Origin: an uncultured Gemmatimonadaceae bacterium
GTDB lineage: Bacteria > Gemmatimonadota > Gemmatimonadetes > Gemmatimonadales > Gemmatimonadaceae
DNA: 64,000 bases
NCBI GenBank assembly: GCA_963761305.1
Contig: CAVXGK010000002.1
Coordinates: forward strand, 3,168,001-3,232,000
Direction of reading: 5' to 3'
Translations under genes and position numbers: made by a program
The notes under the pieces: model-generated
The model's input: only the letters and a program-made list of their open reading frames with translations
Databases searched by the model: none
What the model was told of the DNA's origin: nothing
Shown: piece after piece, positions 52,118-63,553 of the stretch
How the letters are laid out: every line of letters starts with the position of its first letter
How positions within the stretch are numbered: the stretch's first letter is position 1

Positions 52118-53232
52118 TACTCTTTCGACGTTCCCCGACTCGCCACCCGGTTCGCGAAACGCCCCTCGACCGCGCCGACGTAGAGCATTCTCGAAACCGG
52201 CGCTTTTGCGTCACGGACGACGTTCAGCGTCGCCGACTGTTCGATGGCGCTGGCCGTCTGATCCGGAGTGGCGTTCGGATGCGTCTCGAGATAGAGAGCG
52301 AGCGCTCCGCTCACGTACCCGGCTGCCATCGACGTGCCGTTCCACAGCTGCGTCACCGGCGAGTTGTTGCGGTCGAGACTTGGCAGCAGCACCGAGTCTC
52401 CCGGCGCGTAGATGTCGATGCATGGACCGAACGCCGTGTTCGGTGCGCGTAGGTCGATCGTGTGCGACGTGCCGTCGGAATTTTGCTCCGACGCCAGCGC
52501 CGACGCACCGACGACGATGACGCCGAACGAGTTTGCCGGCGACACGCGGCACGCGTCGATGTCCAGGTTGCCCGCCGACACGACGACGGGAATGCCCGCG
52601 GCTCGTAGTTCCGCAACTGCCGAATCGAGTGACGGTATTCGCGACGACGTGTCGGCGATGAACGACCAATTGGCGACTGCCGGACCCGGGTGCTGTTTGT
52701 GGTCTTCGATCACCCAGTGCGCGCCGTCGACGATTGCCTTGATGGTGCCGCGCAGGCGCTCGCACTGCACCATTTTCACGTCGACGATCTGAACGTCCGG
52801 TGCGACGCCCAGCGTGGCTCCGCCGATCGCGCCCGCGACCGCGGTGCCGTGGGCGTTGCAAATCTTGGGATCGTCTGCAAAGCCCGAGTATCCGATGCGA
52901 ACGCGGCCGGCCAACTCCGGATGGGTCGTCGAGATGCCGCCGTCGAACACGTACACGGTCACGCCCCTGCCGGTCGCCGAGTGGGAGAAGGTCCGGTCCA
53001 AGGGCAGATCGTGCTGGTCGATGCGGTCGAGCGCGACCGAGACAGTGGGTGATTCGAGAATCGTCGTTGGCCGAGCTTCGCTCGACGCCAAACCGTTCAA
53101 CGACGCCGGGTCGACGGAACCGGCGGCGGTGGTCGGATCCGGCCGTGGCGGTCGCGCGCATCCGTTGATCAGCGCGCCACCGACCGCGGCCGCGCCGGCG
53201 AGAAGACCGGCCAATACCAAGGTGCTTCGCAT
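52117..53232 (-). CDS. S8 subtilisin-family serine protease (aqualysin/proteinase K-like)
   Basis: Catalytic triad VFDGG, NAHGTAVAG and GTSMAA; SAGN oxyanion motif; possible lipobox INGC. Confidence 0.92.
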   Translation of the reverse strand: MRSTLVLAGLLAGAAAVGGALINGCARPPRPDPTTAAGSVDPASLNGLASSEARPTTILESPTVSVALDRIDQHDLPLDRTFSHSATGRGVTVYVFDGGISTTHPELAGRVRIGYSGFADDPKICNAHGTAVAGAIGGATLGVAPDVQIVDVKMVQCERLRGTIKAIVDGAHWVIEDHKQHPGPAVANWSFIADTSSRIPSLDSAVAELRAAGIPVVVSAGNLDIDACRVSPANSFGVIVVGASALASEQNSDGTSHTIDLRAPNTAFGPCIDIYAPGDSVLLPSLDRNNSPVTQLWNGTSMAAGYVSGALALYLETHPNATPDQTASAIEQSATLNVVRDAKAPVSRMLYVGAVEGRFANRVASRGTSKE

Positions 53233-53382
53233 GACCGTCGACTAGGGAAAGCGCATGCCACAACGCGTTCCCGCAAAAGAATTTGGCGCATGCCCGTTGG
53301 CCCAATCGGTGCAATGGGTGTGCAAGCTGGAGCGCGACCGACGTCTCCCCCTCGTACCGTCTCAAGGGTCAGGGGGTCTACC

Positions 53383-55650
53383 ATGCGTCGCGCCATCGTT
53401 GGAGCCGTTCGCACCATTCTCTTCGCCGCCTTCGCCGCGCCCGCGCTCGGCGCGCAGGGTTGGATCGTCCCGCGCCCGTGCGGGCTGGGAATTCAGCCGA
53501 TCGAGGGGCGAACGCCGCCGATCGCGCGGGATTGCTCGACCAACATCGTCCGCACGCGCAGCGACGTCCGCGTCGAGCTCGCCGATCACGTGCTGCGGTA
53601 CGAAGTGGAGGAGCGCTTCGTCAACCGGGGCTCGACGCTGGGTGAAGCGGATTATCTGTTCCCGCTGCCGACGAACGCCGCGTTTCAGAATCTCGCGCTG
53701 TCGATCGACGGAGAGCTCGTCGCCGGCGAGACGATGAACGCCGGCCAAGCGCGCAGCATCTACGAGTCGATCGTGCGCGCGCGGCGCGACCCGGCCCTGG
53801 TCGAGTGGATGGGACACGGACTGCTCCACGCGCGCATTTTCCCCCTCGAGCCCGGGCAGGAAAAGACGGTCGTCGTCCGCTTCCAGAGCGTGGCGCCACG
53901 CGAGGGCGATGCGCTGCGCATCGACTACTTCCGCGGCGGCGCGCCCGGCACGACCAACGTGCACGACGGCGGGCAGACGTCGTTCACGCTCAGCTATCGG
54001 CAAGCGCCCGAGCTTGGCACGCCGTTCTCGCCCACGCATCAGCTCGACGTGAGCGACCGTGACGAGCGTCGCAGCGTGAACGTGCGCGGCGACGCGCGCG
54101 ACGTGACGCTGCTCGTTCCGGTGCGCGCGCGAAACGAAGCGGCGATCACCGCGCTCAGCTACGCGCCCGGCAACGAAGACGGATTCACGCTGCTCAGCGT
54201 GACGCCGCCCGCCGGCCGACAGACCGACGTGATTCCGCGCGACGTCACGCTGGTGCTCGACGTCTCCGGCTCGATGAACGGACGCAAGATTGAACAGGCG
54301 CGCGCCGCCGGACACCAACTGCTGTCGACGCTGCGCGAATCCGATCGGTTCCGCTTGATCGATTTCTCGAGCGACGTGCGCACGTTCCGCGACGATTTCG
54401 TCGCCGCGACGCCGGAGAACGTTCGACAGGCGGCGCGTTATCTCGACGCGCTCGAGGCATCGGGCAGCACCAACATCGAAGGCGCGCTCCGTGAGGCGCT
54501 CCGTCCGGCCGTCACGCGCGGACATCTCCCGGTGATCTTGTTCGTCACCGACGGCGAGCCGACGATCGGCGATACTCGGCCGGACCACCTCGCCGCCATG
54601 GCCGCCGACGCCAACGCACACGCCGAGGAGCCTCGCCGGATCTTCACGTTCGGACTGGGGTCGGACGTGAACGTGAGCCTGCTCGAGCAACTCGCCCTCG
54701 AAGGGCGCGGCACGTCGCAATTCGTGCGGCCCGACGAATCGGTCGAGCGGATGGTGGGCATCGTCGCCAATCGCCTCGTCGGCCCGATGCTGACGGACGT
54801 TCGCGTGCGCGTCGAAGGCGGCGACGTGCGGCTGTCCAGAATGCTCCCTGGCGAATCGACGGACATCTTCGCCGACCGCGATCTCTCGCTCGTCGCGCGA
54901 TACTCGGGCCACGGCCGCGCGCGTGTCGTCGTCGAGGGCCGACGCGGATCGACGCCCGTGACGTGGACGTCCACCGTCGACTTTCCCGATCGCGACCGCG
55001 AGAACTCGTTCGTCGCGCGTCTTTGGGCGACGCAGCGCGTGGGATATCTGAGCGCCGAGAAGCGGAAGAGCGGCGGATCGTCGGAGATCGACGACGAGAT
55101 TCGCGCGCTCGGTGAGCGATACGGCATTCCAACGGAATTCACGTCCTATCTCGTCACCGAGCCGCAAGCGGTTCCGATGCGCACGGCGATGATGGGCGGC
55201 AACGGTGGAGTCATGCCGACGGCGGCCATGATCGGGCAACCCGCTCCGATGGCACGCCAGACCGCGGCGTTCGAGTTGGCGAAGGTGGCGTCGGCACAGC
55301 GGAATGTCGCGAGTGTCGCCGTTGCCGATTCGATCGCCCGCGTCAGCTTCGCGGGGCTGCGCGACAAGGACGAAGCGGCCGCGAACCGTCGGGTCGATGG
55401 ACGGAGCTTCGTGCAGCGCGATGGTTCGTGGACCGACACGCGCTATCATGCCGGCATCCAGGTCACGAGCATCAAGCCGTACTCGAAGGCATACTTCGAC
55501 ATCGTGCAGCAACTCCCGGAGCTCAAAGCCATCTTCGCGCTCGGCGATCATCTCACCGTCGTCGGGAAGACGGGCGCGATTCGACTCGACGATTCGGGCG
55601 CGAGCGAGCTGACGCCGTCGGCGTTGGCCGCGCTCGTCCGAGCGTGGTGA
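53383..55650 (+). CDS. Secreted VIT plus vWA domain protein (inter-alpha-trypsin inhibitor heavy chain-like)
   Basis: Signal peptide; VIT (YLFPLP, RDPALVE); MIDAS DVSGSM/GSTN/TDG; RLWA and TEFTSYLV. Confidence 0.88.
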   Translation: MRRAIVGAVRTILFAAFAAPALGAQGWIVPRPCGLGIQPIEGRTPPIARDCSTNIVRTRSDVRVELADHVLRYEVEERFVNRGSTLGEADYLFPLPTNAAFQNLALSIDGELVAGETMNAGQARSIYESIVRARRDPALVEWMGHGLLHARIFPLEPGQEKTVVVRFQSVAPREGDALRIDYFRGGAPGTTNVHDGGQTSFTLSYRQAPELGTPFSPTHQLDVSDRDERRSVNVRGDARDVTLLVPVRARNEAAITALSYAPGNEDGFTLLSVTPPAGRQTDVIPRDVTLVLDVSGSMNGRKIEQARAAGHQLLSTLRESDRFRLIDFSSDVRTFRDDFVAATPENVRQAARYLDALEASGSTNIEGALREALRPAVTRGHLPVILFVTDGEPTIGDTRPDHLAAMAADANAHAEEPRRIFTFGLGSDVNVSLLEQLALEGRGTSQFVRPDESVERMVGIVANRLVGPMLTDVRVRVEGGDVRLSRMLPGESTDIFADRDLSLVARYSGHGRARVVVEGRRGSTPVTWTSTVDFPDRDRENSFVARLWATQRVGYLSAEKRKSGGSSEIDDEIRALGERYGIPTEFTSYLVTEPQAVPMRTAMMGGNGGVMPTAAMIGQPAPMARQTAAFELAKVASAQRNVASVAVADSIARVSFAGLRDKDEAAANRRVDGRSFVQRDGSWTDTRYHAGIQVTSIKPYSKAYFDIVQQLPELKAIFALGDHLTVVGKTGAIRLDDSGASELTPSALAALVRAW

Positions 55651-55663
55651 CCCACAGACGCCG

Positions 55664-56245
55664 ATGATCGACATCGACCGACTCTTTCGCGAATACCACC
55701 AGCCGCTCGTGCGCTACCTCGCACGACGGCTGGGGGATCGCGACTGGGCGGAAGAGGTGGCGCAGGAGACGTTTGTTCGCGCGGCGCGGCAGGAGACGAT
55801 CGTCAGCGAACGGTCGTGGCTCTTTGCCGTGGCGACGAATCTGGTGCGCGACGAAGCGCGCAAGGATGCGCGCCGGCGCCGTCACCTCGAGCTGTTGCGC
55901 GAGCAGGCCCGCGCCGAAGAAGCCGTCGAGCCGGAACCGACGACGCTCGAGCGGGCGCAGGAGGCGGCGCTCGCCAGGAAAGCGGTCGACGCGCTCGGCG
56001 AGCGCGATCGCGAGGCGTTGCTGATGCGCGAGGAAGGTTTGAACTACACGGAGATCGCCGCGGCGCTCGATCTTTCAGTGGCATCCGTCGGAACGACTCT
56101 CGCGCGGGCGAGAAAGCGATTGCTCGAAGCCTACGAGGCGCTGCAGAACGAAGGTTGGCGCGGCGTGCGCGTCGGAGGGGGAGGGGGAGGGGGAGGGGGA
56201 GCCAAGACGCAGGGACAGGTGGGAGGAACACATGCAGCATCTTGA
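55664..56245 (+). CDS. ECF sigma factor
   Basis: AEEVAQETFVR, SWLFAVATN and GLNYTEIAAALDLSVASVGTTLARA. Confidence 0.92.
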   Translation: MIDIDRLFREYHQPLVRYLARRLGDRDWAEEVAQETFVRAARQETIVSERSWLFAVATNLVRDEARKDARRRRHLELLREQARAEEAVEPEPTTLERAQEAALARKAVDALGERDREALLMREEGLNYTEIAAALDLSVASVGTTLARARKRLLEAYEALQNEGWRGVRVGGGGGGGGGAKTQGQVGGTHAAS

Positions 56246-57509
56246 CGAAGGAACCATTCACGCCTGGCTCGACGGCGAGCTCTCGGCGGACGACGCCGAG
56301 CGCGCGGCGCGGCACGTGGCGGAGTGCGCGGAGTGCGGCGCGCTGGTCGTGGAGGCGCGCGGTGTGATGGCCGGCGCGACGCGCATCGTGTCGGCGCTCG
56401 ACGCCGGACCGGTCGGCGTCATTCCACGCACGCAACACGGCGCGCAGCCGAAGCGTCGTTCGTGGTATCGCTTCGCGCTCACGCCCGCGCGCATGTCGAT
56501 CGCGGCGACCATTCTCGTCGCGGCTGGCGTGACGCTCACGGTTCAACGCGCTCGGGTCGGTCGCGACGGAGTGGACGCTTCGCGGATGGTCGACAGTCCG
56601 ACCCCAGCGACCGCACCGGCAGCGACAGTCGCTCCGGCGCCGGGCATCACGGATTCGATGGCGGCAGTTCCCGAGGCGCGGAAGGCAGCGCCAGCGCCGC
56701 CGAGCCACGGCGCTCAGGCGCAGAAGACACAGAACGCCGCGCTCGGTGCGCTGAGTCCCGTCACGGCGGCGCGGACGGTTGGCGCAGGAGCGGGGCTGGC
56801 CGATAAGGAACGGACGCCAGAGGCGAAGACACGCGCCGCAGACTCGCTAGAAAGGGCTGCTCCAGCTGCCACGCCGGCGCCTGTCTCGGTGGCCACGTCA
56901 ATCGCGATGGCGGCATCACCAGCTCGACTCGATTCGGTGCGAGCCAAGGACGAAATGGCGAAGGCCGCCGAGAGCGCGGAGGATCGCGCTACGCGGGCGG
57001 CACTCGAGCGGCGTCAAGCCGCGGGCGGCGCCGGCGCCAATCAGCTCACGCAGATGACGGCGAGCAGCGACCGCGATGCGTTGTCAAAGAGTGACGCATC
57101 ATCACAGAATTGTTATCGCCTGGACATCGATTCGACCGAATGGCGACGCGCGCTGCCGTCAGCGTTCGCGCTCGGGGGACCGGCAGTCTCGGCTGGGCGG
57201 CCGGGCGGCGCGATTGGGGGGGCGGGATCGTTTCGGGAACCGGCGGCCAACGCGCAGTCCGCGATGCGCGCCGTCATGGTCGCTCCTGGCAATGCAGTTC
57301 ACGCGGTGACCGCGACCGGGAGCGTCGATTCGCTCGTGGTCGGCGACTGGCGACCCGCTGGGCCGACGGCGGTGAGCGTGCACTTCATCGCCGTGGCCAA
57401 GCAGAAACCGGTCACGCTGGTCTTGGCGACCAATGGTTCGACAGCACAGCTCATCTCCGGCGAGCGTACCGACAGCGTTCGGTTCGTTCGAATGACCTGC
57501 GCGCGCTAG
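56232..57509 (+). CDS. zf-HC2 anti-sigma factor with a TM and a long extracytoplasmic region
   Basis: WLDGEL...HVAECAEC, TM segment, overlaps the sigma stop. Confidence 0.85.
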   Translation: MQHLDEGTIHAWLDGELSADDAERAARHVAECAECGALVVEARGVMAGATRIVSALDAGPVGVIPRTQHGAQPKRRSWYRFALTPARMSIAATILVAAGVTLTVQRARVGRDGVDASRMVDSPTPATAPAATVAPAPGITDSMAAVPEARKAAPAPPSHGAQAQKTQNAALGALSPVTAARTVGAGAGLADKERTPEAKTRAADSLERAAPAATPAPVSVATSIAMAASPARLDSVRAKDEMAKAAESAEDRATRAALERRQAAGGAGANQLTQMTASSDRDALSKSDASSQNCYRLDIDSTEWRRALPSAFALGGPAVSAGRPGGAIGGAGSFREPAANAQSAMRAVMVAPGNAVHAVTATGSVDSLVVGDWRPAGPTAVSVHFIAVAKQKPVTLVLATNGSTAQLISGERTDSVRFVRMTCAR

Positions 57510-57514
57510 ATCCG

Positions 57515-58564
57515 CTACTTGAGATCGATGCGGCCGATGCGGCTCACGCCGCTCTCCGCGATCCACAGCCGCTTCCGCGTCGAATCGAAGCTGATGTTGC
57601 GAACGATCGAGTTCTTGGTAGGGATCGGCACCAGTTCCATGCGTTCCGTCCTGGGATCGAAGCGAACCATCGCGCCCTGGTGCGCTTCGTTCACCCAGAC
57701 TGCACCGTCCGGCGCCACGCCGATGCCGTAGGGGTTCGAGCTATCGTCCGGCGTCTTCCACTCTTTCGCCGTCTTGGTCTTGGGATCGTACATGCCGAGG
57801 TAGCCGCGCGCATAGTCCGAGTACCAGATGCGGCCATCGGATGTGATGCAGAGGCGACGAGGTCTCGTTCCGGCGTTGGGCAAGTCGATCTCGCTGAGTT
57901 TCGCGGTCTTCGGATCGAGATGCCCGAGCTTGTTGGTGCCAAAGAGGGCGATCCACAATGAGCCGTCGGGCGCGCGCTGGAGTCCGTAGGGCAGCGCGCG
58001 AGGCGTGGCGACATCGTAGAGCGTCACCGCGCCGGTGACGGGATCGAGCTTGCCGTATTTGTCCGCCTGCTGCGCCGTGAACCAGAGCGTACCGTTCAAC
58101 CACAGCGGCGTGTGCGGGTCCTTCGCGCCTTCGGTCTTGTATTCGGTGATCTTGCCGGTTTTAGGGTCCAAGTGCCCGATCAAGCCGGCGGCGTTTCCGG
58201 TGTACCACACGCTGCCATCCGGAACGACGATGATCCCGTGGGGCCCCGAGTTCGGGGTCGTCGTTGGGAACTCCTTCACCTCGCCGGTCTCCGGATCGAG
58301 ACGGCCAATGTAGCTGGCCGCCTGGTCGGCGAAGTAAACGCGCCCGTCCGGAGCAACGGCTGGGTCGTGCGCGAACGCGGCCGGGTTCTGGTGCGGCAGC
58401 AGGTACTCGCGAACGCTGAACGACGGTGGCAAAATGGTGCCAAGCTCGCCGAGGCCCGCAACCGGCGTGACGGTGAGAATGAACAACGCGACACCCGCCA
58501 GGACAATTGCGGCGAGCAGGAGCACGAGCGGAGATCGACGGAGCGGCGTGAGTCGATTCGACAT
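57515..58564 (-). CDS. Secreted beta-propeller protein (virginiamycin B lyase Vgb-like)
   Basis: Repeated PxGI..PDG.VW..GRLDP blades and a signal peptide; start at MSNRL. Confidence 0.82.
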   Translation of the reverse strand: MSNRLTPLRRSPLVLLLAAIVLAGVALFILTVTPVAGLGELGTILPPSFSVREYLLPHQNPAAFAHDPAVAPDGRVYFADQAASYIGRLDPETGEVKEFPTTTPNSGPHGIIVVPDGSVWYTGNAAGLIGHLDPKTGKITEYKTEGAKDPHTPLWLNGTLWFTAQQADKYGKLDPVTGAVTLYDVATPRALPYGLQRAPDGSLWIALFGTNKLGHLDPKTAKLSEIDLPNAGTRPRRLCITSDGRIWYSDYARGYLGMYDPKTKTAKEWKTPDDSSNPYGIGVAPDGAVWVNEAHQGAMVRFDPRTERMELVPIPTKNSIVRNISFDSTRKRLWIAESGVSRIGRIDLK

Positions 58565-58701
58565 TGGGCCCCCTCCGTCTTGCGAGACGGGTGTGGCAGC
58601 GGTGATCCAGCGAACCGTCAACGAGATAGATGTAGTCGCGGCCGTTTCGCGGTGCAAACCCCCGAACGTCGAGGCGCGGTTGTTGCGTCCGCCACGGCCC
58701 C

Positions 58702-60372
<1,671 letters not shown>

Positions 60373-60411
60373 CGGGCGATCAGGCCACCCTGCCAAAGAA
60401 AGAAATTGCAA

Positions 60412-60498
60412 CGCAGATGCCGCAGATTTGAACGGCAATGCCGCGGATGTCTCGCTGTTCATCTGCGGCAATGCTTTTCAGAATCTGCGGCATCTGTG
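60412..60498. repeat. Nested inverted-repeat (REP/MITE-like) element
   Basis: CGCAGATGCCGCAGATT (60412-60428) pairs with AATCTGCGGCATCTGTG (60482-60498); inner pair TGCCGCGGATG/CATCTGCGGCA. Confidence 0.75.
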
Positions 60499-60552
60499 CT
60501 GAGATTGCGTCGCTGATCCAGTGGCCCGATAGCGGCAACCCCTGAAACCGTA

Positions 60553-60777
60553 CTACTCGCTGCGTGCGCTCTTGGTGATCATGCGCCACGCTCGCCACAG
60601 CCCCAACCCCAGCGCGACGCCGCCGATACCGAAGACGAGCAACAGGACGCCGAACCAGTCAGCGCCGCCGAGCACGGTCCTGACGCCGATCCATCCGTAG
60701 ATGGCGCCGAACGCCGCCGCGAAGACGGCGGCGGCGGGCATGACGTAGTACACGAAGCGCGGTCGAGGGGGGCTCAT
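60553..60777 (-). CDS. Small two-TM membrane protein
   Basis: Two hydrophobic helices; start overlaps the GNAT stop. Confidence 0.7.
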   Translation of the reverse strand: MSPPRPRFVYYVMPAAAVFAAAFGAIYGWIGVRTVLGGADWFGVLLLVFGIGGVALGLGLWRAWRMITKSARSE

Positions 60778-61310
60778 CCTGTCCCTTGGAGATCGGCCAA
60801 CCGCAGCGCCATCACCTGATCGCGCTGCGCATCAGTGCCCACAAGAAAACGCTGCTCGCCGGCGCGGCGAAAGCCCCACTTCTCGTAGAACGCGATCGCG
60901 CGCGGGTTGCGCTCCCACACGCCAAGCCACACGGCGTCGCACTTCCACGCGCGCGCTTGCTCGATGCACGCGTCGAGCAGCGCCTTCCCGACACCGCGCC
61001 CGTGCCACGACCGGTCGGCGTAGATCCGTTGCACCTCGGCCGGATGTTGCGCGTCGACGCACGACGATCGCGAATCACGGCGCAACATCGCATATCCGAG
61101 CGGCTCGCCTTGCGACTCGGCGATCCACACGGCACGACTCGCGTCTCGCAGCTCGGCGAGCTGGCGGTCGGGCGAGTACGTGTTGGCCAGGAAGAGGCGG
61201 AGATCGTCGGGATCGTTCCTGGCGCCGAATGCGTCGGCGAACAATCGCGCACCGAGGTCGGCGAGGAGCCGCGCGTCGGCGTCGGTCGGGACGACCCGCC
61301 GGATGTTCAC
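60774..61310 (-). CDS. GNAT N-acetyltransferase (PaiA-like)
   Basis: EVQRIY, HGRGVGKALL and WLGVWERNPRAIAFYEKWGF; GTG start. Confidence 0.88.
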   Translation of the reverse strand: MNIRRVVPTDADARLLADLGARLFADAFGARNDPDDLRLFLANTYSPDRQLAELRDASRAVWIAESQGEPLGYAMLRRDSRSSCVDAQHPAEVQRIYADRSWHGRGVGKALLDACIEQARAWKCDAVWLGVWERNPRAIAFYEKWGFRRAGEQRFLVGTDAQRDQVMALRLADLQGTG

Positions 61311-61318
61311 GCCGCGCG

Positions 61319-62212
61319 CTAGATCCCGCCGCTGAACGTGTCGCAGTCCTTCGGTTGGCCCGACGCGAATCCGCGCTTGAACCAGTAGACGCGCTGCGCC
61401 GACGAGCCGTGTGTGAACGTGTCGGTGTTGAGGTGACCGGTCGTCTCGCGCTGGATGCGGTCGTCGCCGACTGAAGCGGCCGCATTCAACCCGGACTCGA
61501 GATCCCCCGGCTCCAGAATGCCTTCGCCTTGCGTGGCGTGTCCCCACACGCCGGCGAAGCAGTCGGCCTGTAACTCGAGGCGAACGGACAATTCGTTCGC
61601 CGCCGACGGATCGCGTTGCTGCGCGCGTCGTACTTCCTGGTCGATGCCGAGCAGGTGTTGCACGTGATGCCCGAGCTCATGGGCGAGGACGTACGCCTGC
61701 GCGAACTCTCCCGGCGCGCCGAAGCGTGTGCGCAGCTCGTCGTAGAAGGCGAGGTCGATGTACAACTTTTGATCGACGGGACAATAGAACGGTCCCATCG
61801 CCGTCTGGCCGACGCCGCACGCGGTTTGGGTCGCGTCGCGGAAGAGAACGAGCTTGGCGTTGCGCCAGGGTACGCCCGTCGTCGCCGGAAGCAGCTTCGC
61901 CCAGGTCGCTTCGGCGGTGTCGAGCACGAAAGAGACGAATTGGACTTCCTTCGCTTCGGCCGGCGATTCGTTCACCGTCGCCCCGGGGCCGCCGGGGCCG
62001 CCGGGGCCGGCCGGTCCAACCGAGCCCGCGGCGCTTCCGCCGGCGGCGTACGGGTTGGGATTCGCGCTGTCCGAGATGAAGTCGCGCCCGAAGATCAGGC
62101 TGAGCACGATCAGGATCACCGTGCCGCCGAGGCCCACGTGCACCGGGCCGATGCCGCCCGAACCGCGGCGGTCTTCGATGTTCCCACTCTCGCCACCGGG
62201 AGTCCAGCGCAT
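61319..62212 (-). CDS. Neutral zinc metallopeptidase (YpfJ-like)
   Basis: NIEDRRG, GPFYCP, AHELGHHVQ, ELQADC and FTHGSSAQR. Confidence 0.92.
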   Translation of the reverse strand: MRWTPGGESGNIEDRRGSGGIGPVHVGLGGTVILIVLSLIFGRDFISDSANPNPYAAGGSAAGSVGPAGPGGPGGPGATVNESPAEAKEVQFVSFVLDTAEATWAKLLPATTGVPWRNAKLVLFRDATQTACGVGQTAMGPFYCPVDQKLYIDLAFYDELRTRFGAPGEFAQAYVLAHELGHHVQHLLGIDQEVRRAQQRDPSAANELSVRLELQADCFAGVWGHATQGEGILEPGDLESGLNAAASVGDDRIQRETTGHLNTDTFTHGSSAQRVYWFKRGFASGQPKDCDTFSGGI

Positions 62213-62309
62213 GTGCCCTCCAGCGCGCCCGACGCGAGGCCGGCGCGAACAGGTTCATCGGATGCTGATGAGTCCCTCCTTCATCAATCGGGCCACGCGG
62301 GCAGATCCA

Positions 62310-63317
62310 TCAAGCGGCCTCGAACTCGCTCAGGTCCTGCGTCTTGCGGACCGCACGCAGCGCCGTGTTGCCGGCGACGATCGAGCCGAGCACGATGTAG
62401 ATGTAGAAAGTGTAAAAGCGCCACCAGAGAAGCGCGGCGGCGAACAATCTCGGGCCGATGACGTTTGCCAGCGCGGCGCGAAACGCGAGTTCGACGGCGC
62501 CGCCGCCGCCGGGCGCCGGCACGATCGCCGCGCCGTAGAGCAGGCCGAGCGGCCAGAGCGCGAGGGGCGCCAGCGGGGCGTCGGCGCCGGCGCCGAGCAC
62601 GAGCGCCGGGAGGACGCACAGGCGCATCGCGACGTGCATCACCGACATGAAGTACGCGCCAACGGCCCAACGCAGCTCGATGTTTCGCATGCGGTCCACC
62701 GTCGACCGCACCTGTGTGAACCAGCCGTGGATCTTCGTCCAGCGCTTGCCGCCGAGACGGAGACGGATCGCCCAGCGCGGCGGCGTGTCGTCGACGTGGC
62801 GGCGCGCGAGAACCACGGCGATCACGCCGACGCCGATCACGAAGCCCGCGTACATGCCGACGACGCCGACGAGCGCCTTGAGCACGAAGCCGGCGTTGCG
62901 GAACACGATCGCCACGACGAGCACGACCGTCGCGAGCGACAACGCCTCGAGGAACAGTTCGGCGAACAGCACGACGAGCGCGCTCGACGTCTCGATGCCG
63001 GCTTCGGCGAGCACCAGGAACCGCGCCGGCTCGGCGCCCGACCGCGCCGGCGTGATCGACGCGCCGAAATCGCCGGCGAGCGTCGTGCGCAGCGCGGTCA
63101 TGAAGTGCAGCTCGATGTGCGCGGCCTTGGCGCTCCACTGGATCTTCCACGACCGCGTGAGGATCTCGAACAGGACGGCCGCGATGGCCAGCAGGTGCGC
63201 TTGCCGCGGCAGGGCGATCGTGCTGCCGGCGCGCCACCAGCGCACGATGAAGAATGTGGAGACGCCGATCACCGCCGCGAACGACGCGATCGTGAACGCC
63301 CAGCGTTTCCAGTTCAC
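62310..63317 (-). CDS. Lysylphosphatidylglycerol synthase TM-domain (flippase-like, UPF0104) protein
   Basis: ITPARSGAEP, PAPGGGGAVE, LLWWRFYTFY and multiple TMs. Confidence 0.85.
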   Translation of the reverse strand: MNWKRWAFTIASFAAVIGVSTFFIVRWWRAGSTIALPRQAHLLAIAAVLFEILTRSWKIQWSAKAAHIELHFMTALRTTLAGDFGASITPARSGAEPARFLVLAEAGIETSSALVVLFAELFLEALSLATVVLVVAIVFRNAGFVLKALVGVVGMYAGFVIGVGVIAVVLARRHVDDTPPRWAIRLRLGGKRWTKIHGWFTQVRSTVDRMRNIELRWAVGAYFMSVMHVAMRLCVLPALVLGAGADAPLAPLALWPLGLLYGAAIVPAPGGGGAVELAFRAALANVIGPRLFAAALLWWRFYTFYIYIVLGSIVAGNTALRAVRKTQDLSEFEAA

Positions 63318-63457
63318 GCGCCGGCGCGTCGGAAGGCCATTTTCACGATGTTAATCTCACGCCGATCGAGAAGCGCCGCGAGGCCGTCTGGAATTCTCGA
63401 AGAACCCTCGCGCATAAAGACTTCATGCAAACGAAAAGCTCCGGCGGGCTTACGTGA

Positions 63458-63491
63458 GAAACAGAAACGCCCCGCGATGTTTCGCGGGGCG
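63458..63491 (-). terminator. Intrinsic terminator
   Basis: CGCCCCGCGA/TCGCGGGGCG stem with a minus-strand TTTCTGTTTC tail. Confidence 0.7.
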
Positions 63492-63553
63492 CTCCCATCA
63501 GCACTCCTCTGCGTTCTCCGCGTCTCTGCGGCGATCTGCAGTTCGCCGTTCCG

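Noticed and set aside
53362..55674. 770-aa minus ORF and similar long antisense ORFs (16859-18235, 23556-25010, 58618-60363)
   Set aside because: Typical high-GC3 shadows of well-supported genes, with no motifs
57515..58564. Antibiotic-resistance call (vgb)
   Set aside because: The Vgb-like propeller fold is widespread and this copy is secreted; streptogramin lyase activity is not supported by sequence alone
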